A stretch of 64,000 nt of DNA from Solirubrobacterales bacterium (GCA_038326655.1 JBBQKG010000017.1:948-64947), one strand, 5' to 3'. Counted from the first letter of the stretch, positions 41,871 to 52,965 are shown. The notes: generated by a model from the sequence alone, not told the origin. Program-made: numbers and translations.

Positions 41871-43078
41871 GCCGACGCCCCCTGGATCTTCTCGACCGCG
41901 CGCCGGGCGGCCTCGTGCATCGAGACCGACCGGTCGCAGTACTCGACGCCGTACTTCTTGAGGATCTTGAAGCCCTCGTCCTCCCACGCGCCCGGGATGC
42001 GGAAGATCGCGATCTTCTCAGCCGGGTCGAAGCCGAGCTCCAGGCAGGCCTTCACGACTCCGCGCGCGACGATGTCCACGCGGGTGTTCGAGACGATGCT
42101 CATCATCACCGCGATCTTGTCCACGCCGGGCTTGGAGAGCACCAGCTTGGCGAGCGCGGCGGCCTTTGCGACAGACGGGTTGCCGCCGATCTCGCAGTAG
42201 TTGGCGGGCTTGCCGCCGTACTTGCGCACGGCGTCGAAGAGCGTGAGCGAGCCGCCGCCCGCGCCGATCACGAGGCCGAGGTTGCCGTCGAACTCCGTCA
42301 CGTTTCCGGCGACGCCGCGGTGGTCCATCGCGTCCACCTGCTCGCCCTTGATCTCGAATGGAGTTGCCTCTCGCGCCTCGCGGGTCTCCTCGCCGCCCAC
42401 GCCCAGTTCCTTGAGCAGGGCCTGCTGCCGTGGCCGGGCCTCGTTCTCCATCTCCATGTGGGCGTCGAGGGCGACGAAGCTGCCGTCCTCGAGTTCGCCG
42501 AGCGGGTTGATCTCCGCGAGCGTCATGTCGTACTGGCTGAAGAGGCGCGCGAGGCGCGCCAGGATCGGCGTCGCGCGCTGGAGCTGGCGGCCGGTGACGC
42601 CGGTGTGCGCGATCACCTCCTTGGCGCGGAACTCCGGGGCCTCGGTCATGTTCGAGAGGTGCCCGCGGCCCACGTGCTCGGGGTGATCGCGGTCGACCTC
42701 CTCGATGTCGATGCCGCCCATGTCGCTGAAGAGCATCACCGGCTGTTTCCGGATCCCGTCCCAGACCACGCCGGCGTAGTACTCCTGCTTCACCTCCGCC
42801 TTGGGGTCCACGAGGACCCCGCGCGGCATGTGGCCGCCGATCTCGAGCTCGAGGATCTGCTCGGCGTAGCCGCTCGCCTCCTGGGGCGTGTCGGCGAACT
42901 TCACGCCGCCCGCTTTCATGCGCCCGCCCGTGAGCACCTGCGACTTGATCACGACCGGACCGCCGATCTGCTCGGCGATGTCGCGGGCCTCCTCCGCGGT
43001 ACGGGCGAAGCCATAGTTTGTGACCGGGATGCCCGCGCGCTTGACGATGTCGCGGGATTCGTACTCGTAGAACCGCAT
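41867..43078 (-). CDS. ADP-forming acyl-CoA ligase beta subunit (atypical SucC-like)
   Basis: KSQVLTGGRMKAGGV ATP-grasp, EINPL; non-canonical GAGGGS and ANYCEIGGNP. Confidence 0.9.
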   Translation of the reverse strand: MRFYEYESRDIVKRAGIPVTNYGFARTAEEARDIAEQIGGPVVIKSQVLTGGRMKAGGVKFADTPQEASGYAEQILELEIGGHMPRGVLVDPKAEVKQEYYAGVVWDGIRKQPVMLFSDMGGIDIEEVDRDHPEHVGRGHLSNMTEAPEFRAKEVIAHTGVTGRQLQRATPILARLARLFSQYDMTLAEINPLGELEDGSFVALDAHMEMENEARPRQQALLKELGVGGEETREAREATPFEIKGEQVDAMDHRGVAGNVTEFDGNLGLVIGAGGGSLTLFDAVRKYGGKPANYCEIGGNPSVAKAAALAKLVLSKPGVDKIAVMMSIVSNTRVDIVARGVVKACLELGFDPAEKIAIFRIPGAWEDEGFKILKKYGVEYCDRSVSMHEAARRAVEKIQGASA

Positions 43079-43107
43079 TTTCGGGGACGGAACCCTAGTG
43101 GATCACC

Positions 43108-43977
43108 TCACCGGAGCGCCGTGAGCGGGTCGATCGCCGCATCTCCGAGCCTGAGCTCGAAGTGCAGATGCGGGCCAGTCGCGAGCCCGGTGGCGCCCAC
43201 GTCGCCCACGCGCGAGCCCGCCACCACGGCCTGGCCGGGCCGTACGCGGATCCTGGAGAGATGCGCGTACATCGAGCGCACTCCGAGCGGATGGGCGATC
43301 ACCACGAGGTTCCCGTATCCACCCGAATCCCAGCCGGCGAAAGCGACCTGCCCACGGCCGGCCGCGAACACCGCCGCTCCCGTCGGGGCCGGGAAGTCGA
43401 CGCCGGGGTGGAACTTGTTCCCGCGCGGCCCGAAGCGGTCACCGATCGGTGCGCTGACCGGTCGCAGGAGCCGGATCGGAGAGCGGCGGATCGGCTGGCG
43501 GAGCGCCGCGAGCGTGCCCGGGCCGGCGACTCCGTCGGCCGGCAGGCCCGCCCACGCCTGGAAGCGGCGAACCGCGACCGCGGTGTGCGATCCGTAGCCG
43601 CCGTCGAAGCTGCCGTTGGGGAAACCGTGCCAGGCGAGGCGGAACTGGAGTGCGGCGACGTCCCAGCCGGACTGGCCAGGACGCATCGTCCTGCTGCCGG
43701 GCAGCGGACGTCCGCGGCGGCCCAGGGCGGCACGCGTCGTCGTCCCGGCGACGCCGTCGGCGGTGAGCCCGCGGTGCTGCTGGAAGCGGCGGACCGCCGC
43801 CGCCGTGGACGGCCCGCCGACGCCGTCGATCGTGCTCCGGTACGTGCCCTCCCCCCACAGGGCGATCTGGAGCGCCGCGATGTCGGCGCTGCCGGCCGCG
43901 CGCGCCGCGCCGGGCATGCCGGCCAGCACCAGCAGCACCAGCGCGAGGCCCAGGCGCAGCCGACGCGTTTTCCTCAT
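43108..43977 (-). CDS. M23 peptidase with two PG-binding domains
   Basis: HPGVD, YAHL, GPHLHFE; two AVRRFQ..ADGVAG repeats. Confidence 0.93.
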   Translation of the reverse strand: MRKTRRLRLGLALVLLVLAGMPGAARAAGSADIAALQIALWGEGTYRSTIDGVGGPSTAAAVRRFQQHRGLTADGVAGTTTRAALGRRGRPLPGSRTMRPGQSGWDVAALQFRLAWHGFPNGSFDGGYGSHTAVAVRRFQAWAGLPADGVAGPGTLAALRQPIRRSPIRLLRPVSAPIGDRFGPRGNKFHPGVDFPAPTGAAVFAAGRGQVAFAGWDSGGYGNLVVIAHPLGVRSMYAHLSRIRVRPGQAVVAGSRVGDVGATGLATGPHLHFELRLGDAAIDPLTALR

Positions 43978-44891
43978 CCTCCGAACCGGCTGCGTAGCGC
44001 GAGCACGTTCGCCACGTAGCGCTCGGTCTCCGGCAGCATCCCGACCGCCCGCACGGAGCCCTCGCCCTGGTAGTAGGAGGCGATCGCAAATGCCTCGTCC
44101 CCGCCGGCATCGCGAAGCAGCTGACCCAGGTACAGCGATCCGGCGCGGACGTTGTCCTGCGCCGAGTTCGGGTCGAGCGGGCCGCCGGCGAGGTTCTGCT
44201 CCACCCACGTCCACGTGCCGGGCAGCACCTGCATGACGCCGCGTGCGTTGGCAGCCGACACGACGTTGTTGTTGAATCCGCTCTCCTGCCAGGCGATTGC
44301 GGCCGCGAGTGAGGGGGAGACGCCGTGCTGAGCGGCGACCTGGCCGACCTCCGCGGAGCTGAGCCGCGCCGGGGTCGGGTTGGGTGCGGCCTGCGGCACC
44401 GTCGACGGCGCCGGCTGCGAGGCGCTCGGCGCTGCGGCCTGGGACCCGGTCGGGAGCTTCAGGGCGGTGCCGGTGAGCAGCGGCTGGGCGGGGTCGAGCC
44501 CGTTCATCCAGGCCAGCTGCCCGACCGTGACGCCGCTGTCAGCGGCGATGCCCGAAAGCGTGTCGCCCGGCTGCACGGTGTAGGCGCCGAGCGCCGGCGG
44601 AGCGGCTGGGGTCGCGGCCGGCGCCGGGGCGGCGGCGGCGGTCGCACTGCTCCCGCCGAGCGCCGCGGCCGCCTCCGCCTCGGTCGGGATCTGGATCGTC
44701 GATCCGGCCACGACCTGGGCGTCCTCGGAAAGCCCGTTGGCAGCCGCGAGAGAGCGGGTCGTGAAGTTGCTTGCCGCAGCGATCGACCAGAGCGTCTCGC
44801 CGGGCTGGACGGTGTGAGGAACCGCTGCCTGCGCGGGCGCCGCAACCAGCAGCGCAAGCGTGCACAGGAGCAGTGGATGTGAGGAGCGCAA
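43974..44891 (-). CDS. LysM x2 + SLT lytic transglycosylase
   Basis: HTVQPGETLWSIA, YTVQPGDTLSGIA, QESG, GVMQV, SYYQG. Confidence 0.92.
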   Translation of the reverse strand: MRSSHPLLLCTLALLVAAPAQAAVPHTVQPGETLWSIAAASNFTTRSLAAANGLSEDAQVVAGSTIQIPTEAEAAAALGGSSATAAAAPAPAATPAAPPALGAYTVQPGDTLSGIAADSGVTVGQLAWMNGLDPAQPLLTGTALKLPTGSQAAAPSASQPAPSTVPQAAPNPTPARLSSAEVGQVAAQHGVSPSLAAAIAWQESGFNNNVVSAANARGVMQVLPGTWTWVEQNLAGGPLDPNSAQDNVRAGSLYLGQLLRDAGGDEAFAIASYYQGEGSVRAVGMLPETERYVANVLALRSRFGG

Positions 44892-44915
44892 TTGAGGTCT
44901 CCTTCCGTGGAGTGG

Positions 44916-45866
44916 TCATTGCGTGCACTTGCTCGGTCGCCTGGCGCCAGGGCGGATGCAGAGGTCGCGCCGCAGCGGTTGCTTTCCCGCCCGGATCGTG
45001 AGACGTGTGTACTTGCCGATCGTGCCCGGCTTCGTGACGAAGATCTGGAGCACCGCGTCGGTCCGGAGCGTTCGTTCGAACCGGCGGAAGCGGAGGAAGC
45101 TTGGGTGGCCGGTGTCGGGCGCCTGCTTCGTCTGGCGACGAAGCTTGCAGCCGCCTCCGCGGCAGCGGACCTTGACGGTCGCGCCGGAGGGCGCCTCCAC
45201 GACCAGCCGCCTGATGCGCGCACCGGTCACCGTGACCTTTCCGGAGACGTGCACGAGGGGAAACGGGCTGAGGAACTCGGGTGGGTTCGGATCGACGCGC
45301 ACGAGCTGCGAGACGACCACGGCGGCGCTGTCGTTGTCGACCACTCGCAACCTGACCGTGTAGGTGCCGGGCGTCTCGAACGTGTGCGCGACAAGCGCGC
45401 CCGTGGACTCGAACACGCCGTCGCCGTCGAGATCCCATTCCTCGCTCGCGATCGTGCCGTCGGCGTCCTCGGGGAGCGCCACGAAGTTGAGGGCGTCGCC
45501 CGCCTGCGGGGCGTCAGGGAAGTAGGCGATCGACGCCGTCGGAGGCCGGTTGGCCACCCGGATCGGCTGCGTCTGCTCGCCCGAGCCGTCCGGCCCGACC
45601 GCCCGCAGGCGGACGGTGTAGACGGCTGAGCTCGGGAAGTTGAGCGTCGCCGAGGGGCCGGTGCCGTCGTCGAAGAAGCCGTCGTTGTCGAGGTCCCAGG
45701 CGATCCCGGAGACATCGCCCGTGGAGGTGGAGGTGAACGTCACCGGCTCGAGCGTGAGCGGGGAGGCGGGGGAGAACGTGAACGAGGCAGACGGCGCAAC
45801 AGCGGATGACGCCGCCGGGAAACCAAGCGTCGCGAGGACACCCAGGGTCGCGAGGACCCGCTTCAT
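44916..45866 (-). CDS. Secreted PKD-domain protein with basic C-terminal domain
   Basis: Signal peptide; two WDLD.DG PKD repeats, PGTYTVRLRV. Confidence 0.88.
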   Translation of the reverse strand: MKRVLATLGVLATLGFPAASSAVAPSASFTFSPASPLTLEPVTFTSTSTGDVSGIAWDLDNDGFFDDGTGPSATLNFPSSAVYTVRLRAVGPDGSGEQTQPIRVANRPPTASIAYFPDAPQAGDALNFVALPEDADGTIASEEWDLDGDGVFESTGALVAHTFETPGTYTVRLRVVDNDSAAVVVSQLVRVDPNPPEFLSPFPLVHVSGKVTVTGARIRRLVVEAPSGATVKVRCRGGGCKLRRQTKQAPDTGHPSFLRFRRFERTLRTDAVLQIFVTKPGTIGKYTRLTIRAGKQPLRRDLCIRPGARRPSKCTQ

Positions 45867-45971
45867 GGCCACACGACGGTGGTCGAAGCCCGCATCTTCC
45901 ATGCTCGATGCACGTACCTACCATCAGTGTCCCTGGCCGCCTGCGAACGAAGCGGTGGATCGACGGATGTA

Positions 45972-47228
45972 CTAGGGGGCGGGACGCGCGACCTGCACGC
46001 GCCACTTGCTCGCGAGCTTCACGCTCCAGGATGCCGCGACGCGGCTGCCGGCCGCGGCTGCATAGACGAATGGGACCGTCTCTCCCGGTGGGGTGACGAC
46101 GGAGGTGTCGCGGTAGAGCCCAGCCGCCGTCAGCCTCACGGTGAACCAGCGCGGGCCGCCTGCCCGGTAGAAGACGTTGACCGCCGCGCCCGCGCCCGAA
46201 GCGAGCACGACCGGAGCGCCCAGCGCGTGCGTCGTGTACACGCGGGGCCGCTGGACCCCTTTCGAGGTCCAGGTCGTCGCCCACAGCTCCCGCTGCGACT
46301 TCGGGCTTCGCTGCGTCCACGCGATCACCGCCGAGGCGCCCTGGACGACCACGTCCGCGACGCCGGCCGAGGCGCTGCGCGAGAGCGTCGCGGCCGCCGA
46401 TGGTTGAGGCGCGTTGGCCGCCCAGTCGAATGCCTCCACGCGCTGGTCCACGAACAGTGGAGCGACCTCCGACCGGCGAAGCTCGTACGAGGAGACGACC
46501 ACGACCGCGCGGCCCTGGCTCGTGATCACGACCTTCGGCGAGGCCCCCACGAGCGTCGTGCCGGCCCCCGCGGGCCGGAGCGCGACCGCCTGCGCTGCTC
46601 CAAAGGGCGCTGCCCCCTCGGCCGCGCGGACCACGGCTCCGGTTCCCCGAAGCCAGGCGGCGACGATCCGGCCGCGGCGCGTGACCGCGAGGCCGGCTCC
46701 CGAGGCGAAGCTGCCCGCCGGCGCGACCGTCTCGGCCACCGAGAAGCCGCTGTTGGGGGAGCGGCGGGCGACGGAGATGCCGTCCTCCGAGTCGAACGCC
46801 AGCGCGGCGCGGCCGTTGCCCGCGACGGCGAGCGAAACGTCGCGAACGCTCTTCTGTCCGGCGCTCACCTGCTGCCGGCCGGCGCCAGAGGTCCACGCGA
46901 ACGCCTGGACCACGCCGGCGTCGAGGGCCCGCCGCCAGCCGATCACCAACCGCCCGTGTGCGTCGTGGGCGACGTGGGTGCTGAGAAAGCTGCCGGCGCC
47001 GGCGTCGATCGTCCGGACGCGCGTGCCGAGGCGCAGCTCGAGCCGGTTCTGGCCGCCGCTGCGGCGCTGCAGGAGCACGGCCGTGCGGCCGCTCGGAAGG
47101 ACGTCGATGCCGCGGCTGAAGGCGGCGCCCGGAGTCGAGACCGCATGGACGCTCCAGGGCCGCGCCTCGGCCGTCCCCGCCATCAGCGCGGCCGTCGCGA
47201 GCGCAAGAGTCAGCGTGCGAAAAATCAG
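45972..47228 (-). CDS. Hypothetical secreted beta-rich protein
   Basis: Signal [22 protein letters not shown] begins at a CTG overlapping the upstream TGA; repeated G..(V/I)AW strands. Confidence 0.7.
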   Translation of the reverse strand: MIFRTLTLALATAALMAGTAEARPWSVHAVSTPGAAFSRGIDVLPSGRTAVLLQRRSGGQNRLELRLGTRVRTIDAGAGSFLSTHVAHDAHGRLVIGWRRALDAGVVQAFAWTSGAGRQQVSAGQKSVRDVSLAVAGNGRAALAFDSEDGISVARRSPNSGFSVAETVAPAGSFASGAGLAVTRRGRIVAAWLRGTGAVVRAAEGAAPFGAAQAVALRPAGAGTTLVGASPKVVITSQGRAVVVVSSYELRRSEVAPLFVDQRVEAFDWAANAPQPSAAATLSRSASAGVADVVVQGASAVIAWTQRSPKSQRELWATTWTSKGVQRPRVYTTHALGAPVVLASGAGAAVNVFYRAGGPRWFTVRLTAAGLYRDTSVVTPPGETVPFVYAAAAGSRVAASWSVKLASKWRVQVARPAP

Positions 47229-48277
47229 CTCAGCTCGTAGGCCTCGGCCAGCTCGGGATCCTTCTTCGCGAGCATCTCGGCCAGCGTGACCATGACCTTG
47301 CACTGCTTCCATGTCGCGTCGTCCTGCATCTTGCCGTCGATCATGTGCACGCCGCGCCCGTCCGGGATCGCCTCGAGCACCTTTTTCGCGAAGATCACCT
47401 CGTCTGCAGGCGGGCTGAAGACCTTCCTGGCGATCTCGATCTGCACCGGGTGCAGCGACCAGGCGCCCACGCACCCGAGCAGGAAGGCGGCCCGGAACTG
47501 CGTCTCGCAGCCCTCGACGTCCTTGATGTCGCCGTAGGGCCCGTAGAAAGGCAGGATCCCCGCCGACGTGCATGCGTCGACCATCCGCGCGATCGAGTAG
47601 TGCCAGGGGTCCTGCTGCGCGGTCGCCCGGGGCTTGTCGGGGTGCTCGGGGTCGGGGTCTTCGATCACCCGGTAGCCGGGGTGGCCGCCGCCGACCCGCG
47701 TCGTCTTCATGCGGCGTGACGCCGCCAGGTCGGCGGGGCCGAAGCTCATGCCCTGCATGCGCGGGCTCGCCATCGCGATCTCCTCGAGGTTCACCACGCC
47801 CAGCGAGGTCTCGAGGATCGCGTGTACCAGCAGAGGCTTCTGAAGGCCTGCCTTCGCTTCCAGCTGAGCGAGCAGCCGGTCCACGTAGTGGATGTCCCAT
47901 GCGCCCTCGACCTTGGGGATCATGATCACGTCGAGCTTGTCCCCGATCTCGGTCACGAGCTCGGTGAGGTCGTCGAGCACCCAGGGGCTGTCGAGCGCAT
48001 TCACCCGCGTCCAGAGCTGGGTGTCGCCGAAGTCGACCTCTTTGCCGACGCGGACGAGGCCCTCGCGCGCTGCGATCTTGCGGTCCACGGGCACCGCGTC
48101 CTCGAGGTTGCCGAGCAGGATGTCGGCCTGCTTGGCCATGTCGGGCACCTTCGCGGCCATCTTCTCGTTCGAGGCGTCGAAGAAGTGGATCATCCGGGAA
48201 GGCCGGAAAGGAATCGCGGCCGGCGGGTCGGGCGCGCCCACGGCGAGCGGCTTGAAGAAGTCGCGGGGGTTGCGCAT
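47225..48277 (-). CDS. mcl: Malyl-CoA/beta-methylmalyl-CoA/citramalyl-CoA lyase (Chloroflexus Mcl type)
   Basis: [59 protein letters not shown], as recalled for Chloroflexus Mcl. Confidence 0.85.
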   Translation of the reverse strand: MRNPRDFFKPLAVGAPDPPAAIPFRPSRMIHFFDASNEKMAAKVPDMAKQADILLGNLEDAVPVDRKIAAREGLVRVGKEVDFGDTQLWTRVNALDSPWVLDDLTELVTEIGDKLDVIMIPKVEGAWDIHYVDRLLAQLEAKAGLQKPLLVHAILETSLGVVNLEEIAMASPRMQGMSFGPADLAASRRMKTTRVGGGHPGYRVIEDPDPEHPDKPRATAQQDPWHYSIARMVDACTSAGILPFYGPYGDIKDVEGCETQFRAAFLLGCVGAWSLHPVQIEIARKVFSPPADEVIFAKKVLEAIPDGRGVHMIDGKMQDDATWKQCKVMVTLAEMLAKKDPELAEAYELS

Positions 48278-48324
48278 GGTCGAAAGATATCCTGTTCCCT
48301 GGAAACCGATTAGGGAGTCAACGT

Positions 48325-49533
48325 ATGGCGGCAGCGTCAGAGCTGATGGAAAAGAACGAGATCCAGCGCGACATCACCGAGATGGTGCGCAACTTCGTCG
48401 ACAAGGAGATCCTTCCCAACGCAGAGCACTACGACCAAGAGGACTCCTTCCCCGAGCCGATCGTCGAGCAGATGAAGGAGCTCGGCCTCTTCGGGGTCAC
48501 GATCTCGGAGGAATACGGCGGCATGGGGCTCGACCTCACCACCTACGCGATGATCGTCGAGGAGCTCTCACGCGGCTGGATCTCGATCTCGGGCGTCGTC
48601 AACACCCATTTCATCGGCTCCTACCTGCTGATGAAGTTCGGCACGGACGAGCAGAAGGACTACTTCCTGCCCAAGATGGCGACCGGTGAGATCCGCGCCG
48701 CCTTCTCGCTCTCCGAGCCGGAGGTCGGCTCCGACGTCCAGGGCATCAAGGCCGTCGCCACCAAGGATGGCGAGGACTGGGTCCTGAACGGCCAGAAGAT
48801 GTGGGTCACCAACGGGCTGCTCTCGAGCGTCGTGTTCGTGCTGATGAAGAACGACCCCAAGGCCGACCCGCCCTACAAGGGGATGACCTGCTTCATCACC
48901 GAGAAGGAGCCCGGCGCGGAGGAGAACACCGGCAAGTTCGCCGGTCTCACGGTCCCGCCCAAGATCAAGAAGATGGGCTACAAGGGCGTCGAGTCGACCG
49001 AGCTGATCTACGACGGCTACCGCTGTCCGCCCGATCGCATCCTCGGCGGTGAGGGAGCCGGGCTCGGCCAGGGCTTCCGCCAGATGATGGACGCGCTCGA
49101 GGTCGGCCGCGTGAACGTCGCCGCCCGCGGCGTCGGCATCGCCCAGCGCGCGCTCGAGCTGGCGCTCCGTTACTCGCAGGAGCGCAAGACCTTCGGCAAG
49201 CCGATCGCCCAGCACCAGGCGATCCAGTTCAAGCTCGCCGACATGGCCACGAAGGTGGAGGCCGCCCGCCTGCTCACCTTCAAGGCCGCCCGCATGAAGG
49301 ACGCGGGGACGCGCTCAGACGTCGAGGCCGGGATGGCAAAGCTCTACGCCTCGGAGGCCGGCAAGGAGGTGGTCGAGGATGCGTTCCGCATCCACGGCGG
49401 CTACGGCTACTCGAAGGAATACGAGATCGAGCGCCTCTACCGCGACGCGCCGCTGCTGCTGATCGGCGAGGGCACCTCCGAGATCCAGCGCATGGTGATC
49501 GGGAAGAAGCTGCTCGAGCGGCACAAGATCTAG
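48325..49533 (+). CDS. Acyl-CoA dehydrogenase (methylsuccinyl-CoA dehydrogenase-like)
   Basis: [51 protein letters not shown]. Confidence 0.9.
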   Translation: MAAASELMEKNEIQRDITEMVRNFVDKEILPNAEHYDQEDSFPEPIVEQMKELGLFGVTISEEYGGMGLDLTTYAMIVEELSRGWISISGVVNTHFIGSYLLMKFGTDEQKDYFLPKMATGEIRAAFSLSEPEVGSDVQGIKAVATKDGEDWVLNGQKMWVTNGLLSSVVFVLMKNDPKADPPYKGMTCFITEKEPGAEENTGKFAGLTVPPKIKKMGYKGVESTELIYDGYRCPPDRILGGEGAGLGQGFRQMMDALEVGRVNVAARGVGIAQRALELALRYSQERKTFGKPIAQHQAIQFKLADMATKVEAARLLTFKAARMKDAGTRSDVEAGMAKLYASEAGKEVVEDAFRIHGGYGYSKEYEIERLYRDAPLLLIGEGTSEIQRMVIGKKLLERHKI

Positions 49534-49597
49534 GCTCTAACGTCCTCGACGCGTCCGCCACCGGCTGTTAGGGTCGGCCTTCCGGGGAGAGGGCGTC

Positions 49598-51151
49598 ATG
49601 CGGTCGATGAGAGGTTGTGCGCAGGTACTTGGTGCAGCGGTGGCGGCGCTGGCCTGCACGCTCGCGTTCGCCGGCGCCGCCTACGGCGCGTTTCCCGGCC
49701 AGAACGGAAAGATCGCGTTCGCCGGCACGGGCGCGGACGGCAACCAGGACATCTACCTTGCGACGCCGGGCGTGCCCGGGGTGCAGCGCCTCACCACCGA
49801 CCCGGCGGCGGACAGCCTGCCGGCGTTCTCGGCGGACGGCACGATGATCGCCTACGCGAGCCGTCGCGGCGGCGGGAACGAGGACGTCTACGTGATGCGC
49901 TCGGACGGCAGTGGCGACGCCCGGCTCACCGCCTATACCGGCCCGGACACGCAACCCGCCTGGTCGCCGGACGGTACGAAGATCGCCTTTCAGAGCAACC
50001 GCGACGGCGTCCTCGGCATATATGTCATGGCTTCCGATGGCAGCAACGTCACGAAGCTGGTCGACGACGGTGCCTTTCCGGCATGGTCGCCGGACGGCAC
50101 CAGGATCGCGTTCGACCGCGCGGGGATCCGCCTGGTGAATACCGACGGGACCGGGGAGACCAGTTCGGGGCACGGGTTCCAGCCAGACTGGTCGCCGGAC
50201 GGAGGCAAGCTCGCCTTCGGCTACGGCGTCGTGCTGGAAGATTGCGGGCTCGTCGACGATGGCATCTACTGGGGCCCCGTTGGAACCATGGGCGTGAACT
50301 CGCTGGCGGGAGTGGACACCTGCGCCGGCCCGCTGGAGGACGTCGAGCCGGTGTGGTCTCCCGATGGGGCGCGGATTGCCTGGACGCATTACCCGACCGG
50401 ATCCGCTGTCATCGAGACGCAGGACCTGGACGGTGGGGCAGCCGCGACGATCGACGATCTTCCCTCCAACGCTGCGCCTGACTGGCAGCCGGTCCAGCCG
50501 GGCTACGCGCGGCCCAAGGGAGCAACGCCCTTCCGCGCGTCGCTCGTGCCGGCCTACATCGCGTGCACGGCAGCTAACACGACGCATGGGTCTCCGCTCG
50601 CGTTTGGATCTTGCAAGCCCCCAACGGCGCGCTCGGTGCTGCTGACTACCGGCACCCCGGACGCGAACGGCGCGGAGGTGGGGATGGTGGGCTCGGCCTC
50701 CTTCAACGTGATGCCGGGCGACGTCGCAGTCTCGGTCCGGGTTTCCGACGTGCGCTGCCGGGCCGCGAATCCGGCCTGCCCCGGCGGTCCGCTGTCCGAC
50801 TACACAGGCCGGCTGCTCCTCTTACCCCTCACCACGCGGATCACCGACCGCTCCAACACTCCGCCGGGTCCTCAGGGAGCCCCTGGTACGGGCGACACAC
50901 AGATCGCGATTCCGGTCGACTGCGGGGCCACCGCGAGCACCGCGGTCGGCTCCACGTGCGCGGTGACAACCACGCTCGATACCTTGATCCCCGGCACGGT
51001 CGTGGCGGGCCGGCGCGCGATCTGGGAGTTCGGCCAGCTCAACGTGCGTGACGCGGGCCCGAACGGCACCGGCTATGGCGCTGGGTGTCCTCCGACCTGT
51101 GGCGACGGCGACGAAACGCTCTTCCTGCGGGAAGGCGTCTTTGTCCCGTAG
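49598..51151 (+). CDS. Secreted TolB-like PD40 beta-propeller with ~215-aa C-terminal domain
   Basis: AFPGQNGKIAF; several PxWSPDG repeats; tail GYARPKGATP...EGVFVP. Confidence 0.88.
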   Translation: MRSMRGCAQVLGAAVAALACTLAFAGAAYGAFPGQNGKIAFAGTGADGNQDIYLATPGVPGVQRLTTDPAADSLPAFSADGTMIAYASRRGGGNEDVYVMRSDGSGDARLTAYTGPDTQPAWSPDGTKIAFQSNRDGVLGIYVMASDGSNVTKLVDDGAFPAWSPDGTRIAFDRAGIRLVNTDGTGETSSGHGFQPDWSPDGGKLAFGYGVVLEDCGLVDDGIYWGPVGTMGVNSLAGVDTCAGPLEDVEPVWSPDGARIAWTHYPTGSAVIETQDLDGGAAATIDDLPSNAAPDWQPVQPGYARPKGATPFRASLVPAYIACTAANTTHGSPLAFGSCKPPTARSVLLTTGTPDANGAEVGMVGSASFNVMPGDVAVSVRVSDVRCRAANPACPGGPLSDYTGRLLLLPLTTRITDRSNTPPGPQGAPGTGDTQIAIPVDCGATASTAVGSTCAVTTTLDTLIPGTVVAGRRAIWEFGQLNVRDAGPNGTGYGAGCPPTCGDGDETLFLREGVFVP

Positions 51152-51154
51152 GCC

Positions 51155-51871
51155 TCAGAACTCGTACCCGTACTGGTCGATCAGCCCGCGGGCCTTTGCG
51201 CCGACGAGGTCGCGCAGCTGGTTGTCGTAGTACTCGCGGTAGGGGCGCCGGACGCTCGCGTGGCGCGGCGGCTCGTTCCGGATGGCGTCCATGAACTCCC
51301 GCGGCGCGGGGATCTCGTTGCGCTCGACGAACGCCGTGAAGTCCTCGCGGAAAGACTCGTACCTGCCCGTCTCGACCGGCCGGCCGCGGTCGGGAAACTG
51401 GGATGCGAGCGGTGATCCCGCCGGCGGCGGGGAAGGCACGTGGCCGGTCATCAGCCAGAACCACGCGCTGTAGAGGTCGCAGTCCCACTCGCGCATCGCG
51501 AGCTCCCAATACCGGTTGCCCTCGTCGCGGTTGCAGCACACGCGCACCGTTTGCGTGAAGTCGTTGCTGCCGGCGCCGAACACGGTGATCCAGGGATTCG
51601 TCGGCCGGATCGGGCTCTGTGGGCCGCCCTTGCGGGCCATCAGCTGCGTGGTGAACTCATACCACGAGACGTACCAGTCCCAGGGATTGCGGATAAAGCA
51701 GATCGCGGGCAGCCCGGCGCACTCCTCCGGGATCTGGGAGTAGTACGCGTGGGTCTCCGGAAGCTCGCGCAGCTCCCAATCGGCAGGCAGGTGCTCCCTG
51801 CACATGCGGCGGAAGAAGACGCCGCCCGTGCGCGCGAAATGCAGCAGGACGAAATGTTTCGTGATGATCAT
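51155..51871 (-). CDS. Sulfotransferase-fold protein (Sulfotransfer_2-like)
   Basis: LHFARTGG, FIRNPWDWYVSWY, GRYE, YREYYD..GYEF. Confidence 0.72.
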   Translation of the reverse strand: MIITKHFVLLHFARTGGVFFRRMCREHLPADWELRELPETHAYYSQIPEECAGLPAICFIRNPWDWYVSWYEFTTQLMARKGGPQSPIRPTNPWITVFGAGSNDFTQTVRVCCNRDEGNRYWELAMREWDCDLYSAWFWLMTGHVPSPPPAGSPLASQFPDRGRPVETGRYESFREDFTAFVERNEIPAPREFMDAIRNEPPRHASVRRPYREYYDNQLRDLVGAKARGLIDQYGYEF

Positions 51872-51968
51872 GCCGGGCGGCGGCGGGCACCGTGCCGGCG
51901 CACCCGGCTGACGCCGAGCGCCGAGCCTCACCCTAACAGCGGTTCTCGCTCGGATACGCTTCGCGCCG

Positions 51969-52337
51969 GTGGCGGAGGGCACCAAAGAGCTGATCGAGCT
52001 GGGCGCGCGGCGCTTCCTGGATGAGGTGCCGGCGCTCAAGCAACTCAAAGTCGTGCTGCGGCTCGACCTGCGCGCGCGCCGCGACTCGCAGACCTGGCGA
52101 GTCGAGTTGCCCGCCATCGACGTGAAGCGCGATCCGGCCGCGGACGCGAAGATCACGGTGCTCGCGCCCCGGTCCCACTTCAACGAGCTGGCCCGCGACG
52201 GCCAGCTTCAGCACTGGCGCGACGCCTACGAGAACGGCTACGTGAGGGTCGTCGGCCAGGAAGAGATCGTCAAGCTGATCGGTAGAGTCATTGAGCGCCA
52301 CGAGGCGCGTCAGAAGACCAAGAAACGGAGGTTGTGA
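51969..52337 (+). CDS. Hypothetical protein, SCP2-like
   Basis: Clean ORF; DAYENGYVRVVG resembles SCP2 C-terminal strands. Confidence 0.6.
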   Translation: MAEGTKELIELGARRFLDEVPALKQLKVVLRLDLRARRDSQTWRVELPAIDVKRDPAADAKITVLAPRSHFNELARDGQLQHWRDAYENGYVRVVGQEEIVKLIGRVIERHEARQKTKKRRL

Positions 52338-52341
52338 CCAC

Positions 52342-52869
52342 TTGGCGGAGACCGATACGAAGCAGGGGACGACGTTCGACCAGGCTTCGCGCGAGGCAAC
52401 CGGCGCGCGTCCCTACGGTCGCTACCTCGAGGACTTCGAGGAGGGCGCGACCTATAAGCATTGGCCTGCGAAGACCGTGACCGAGGCAGACGATCACCTC
52501 TTTTGCCTGATCACGATGAACCACCACCCGCTTCACCTCAACGACGAGTACGCGCGTCAGTCCCAGCAGGGCAGGAACGTGGTGGTCGGGCCGCTCGTCT
52601 ACTCGCTCGCCCTCGGCATGTCGGTGGCCGACGTGTCGGGCAAGGCGATCGCGAACCTCGCCACCGAGGAGCTCACCCATCCGGCCCCGGTATTCCACGG
52701 CGACACGCTCTACGCGGAGTCCGAGGTGCTCGAGGTGCGGCCCTCTCAAAGCAAGCCGGATCGGGGCATCGTCACGGTCAGAACCGACGTCTACAACCAG
52801 CGCAACGAGCTCGTGGCGACGTTCAAGCGAGCCGTGCTCGTGCCTCGCCGGCCCGAAAGCGCCGGCTAG
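52342..52869 (+). CDS. MaoC-family hydratase (mesaconyl-CoA hydratase-like)
   Basis: GRYLEDF, KTVTEADDHLFC.ITMNHHPLH, GMSVADVSGKAIANL, PVFHGDTL. Confidence 0.9.
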   Translation: MAETDTKQGTTFDQASREATGARPYGRYLEDFEEGATYKHWPAKTVTEADDHLFCLITMNHHPLHLNDEYARQSQQGRNVVVGPLVYSLALGMSVADVSGKAIANLATEELTHPAPVFHGDTLYAESEVLEVRPSQSKPDRGIVTVRTDVYNQRNELVATFKRAVLVPRRPESAG

Positions 52870-52965
52870 CGCGCTTCGGAAGCGGATTGCACCCGAGGGC
52901 CGGAATCCGGCAGAATCTCTGCATTGACTCACCAATCAAGCAGTCCACGAGGAGTTGAGCCACCT

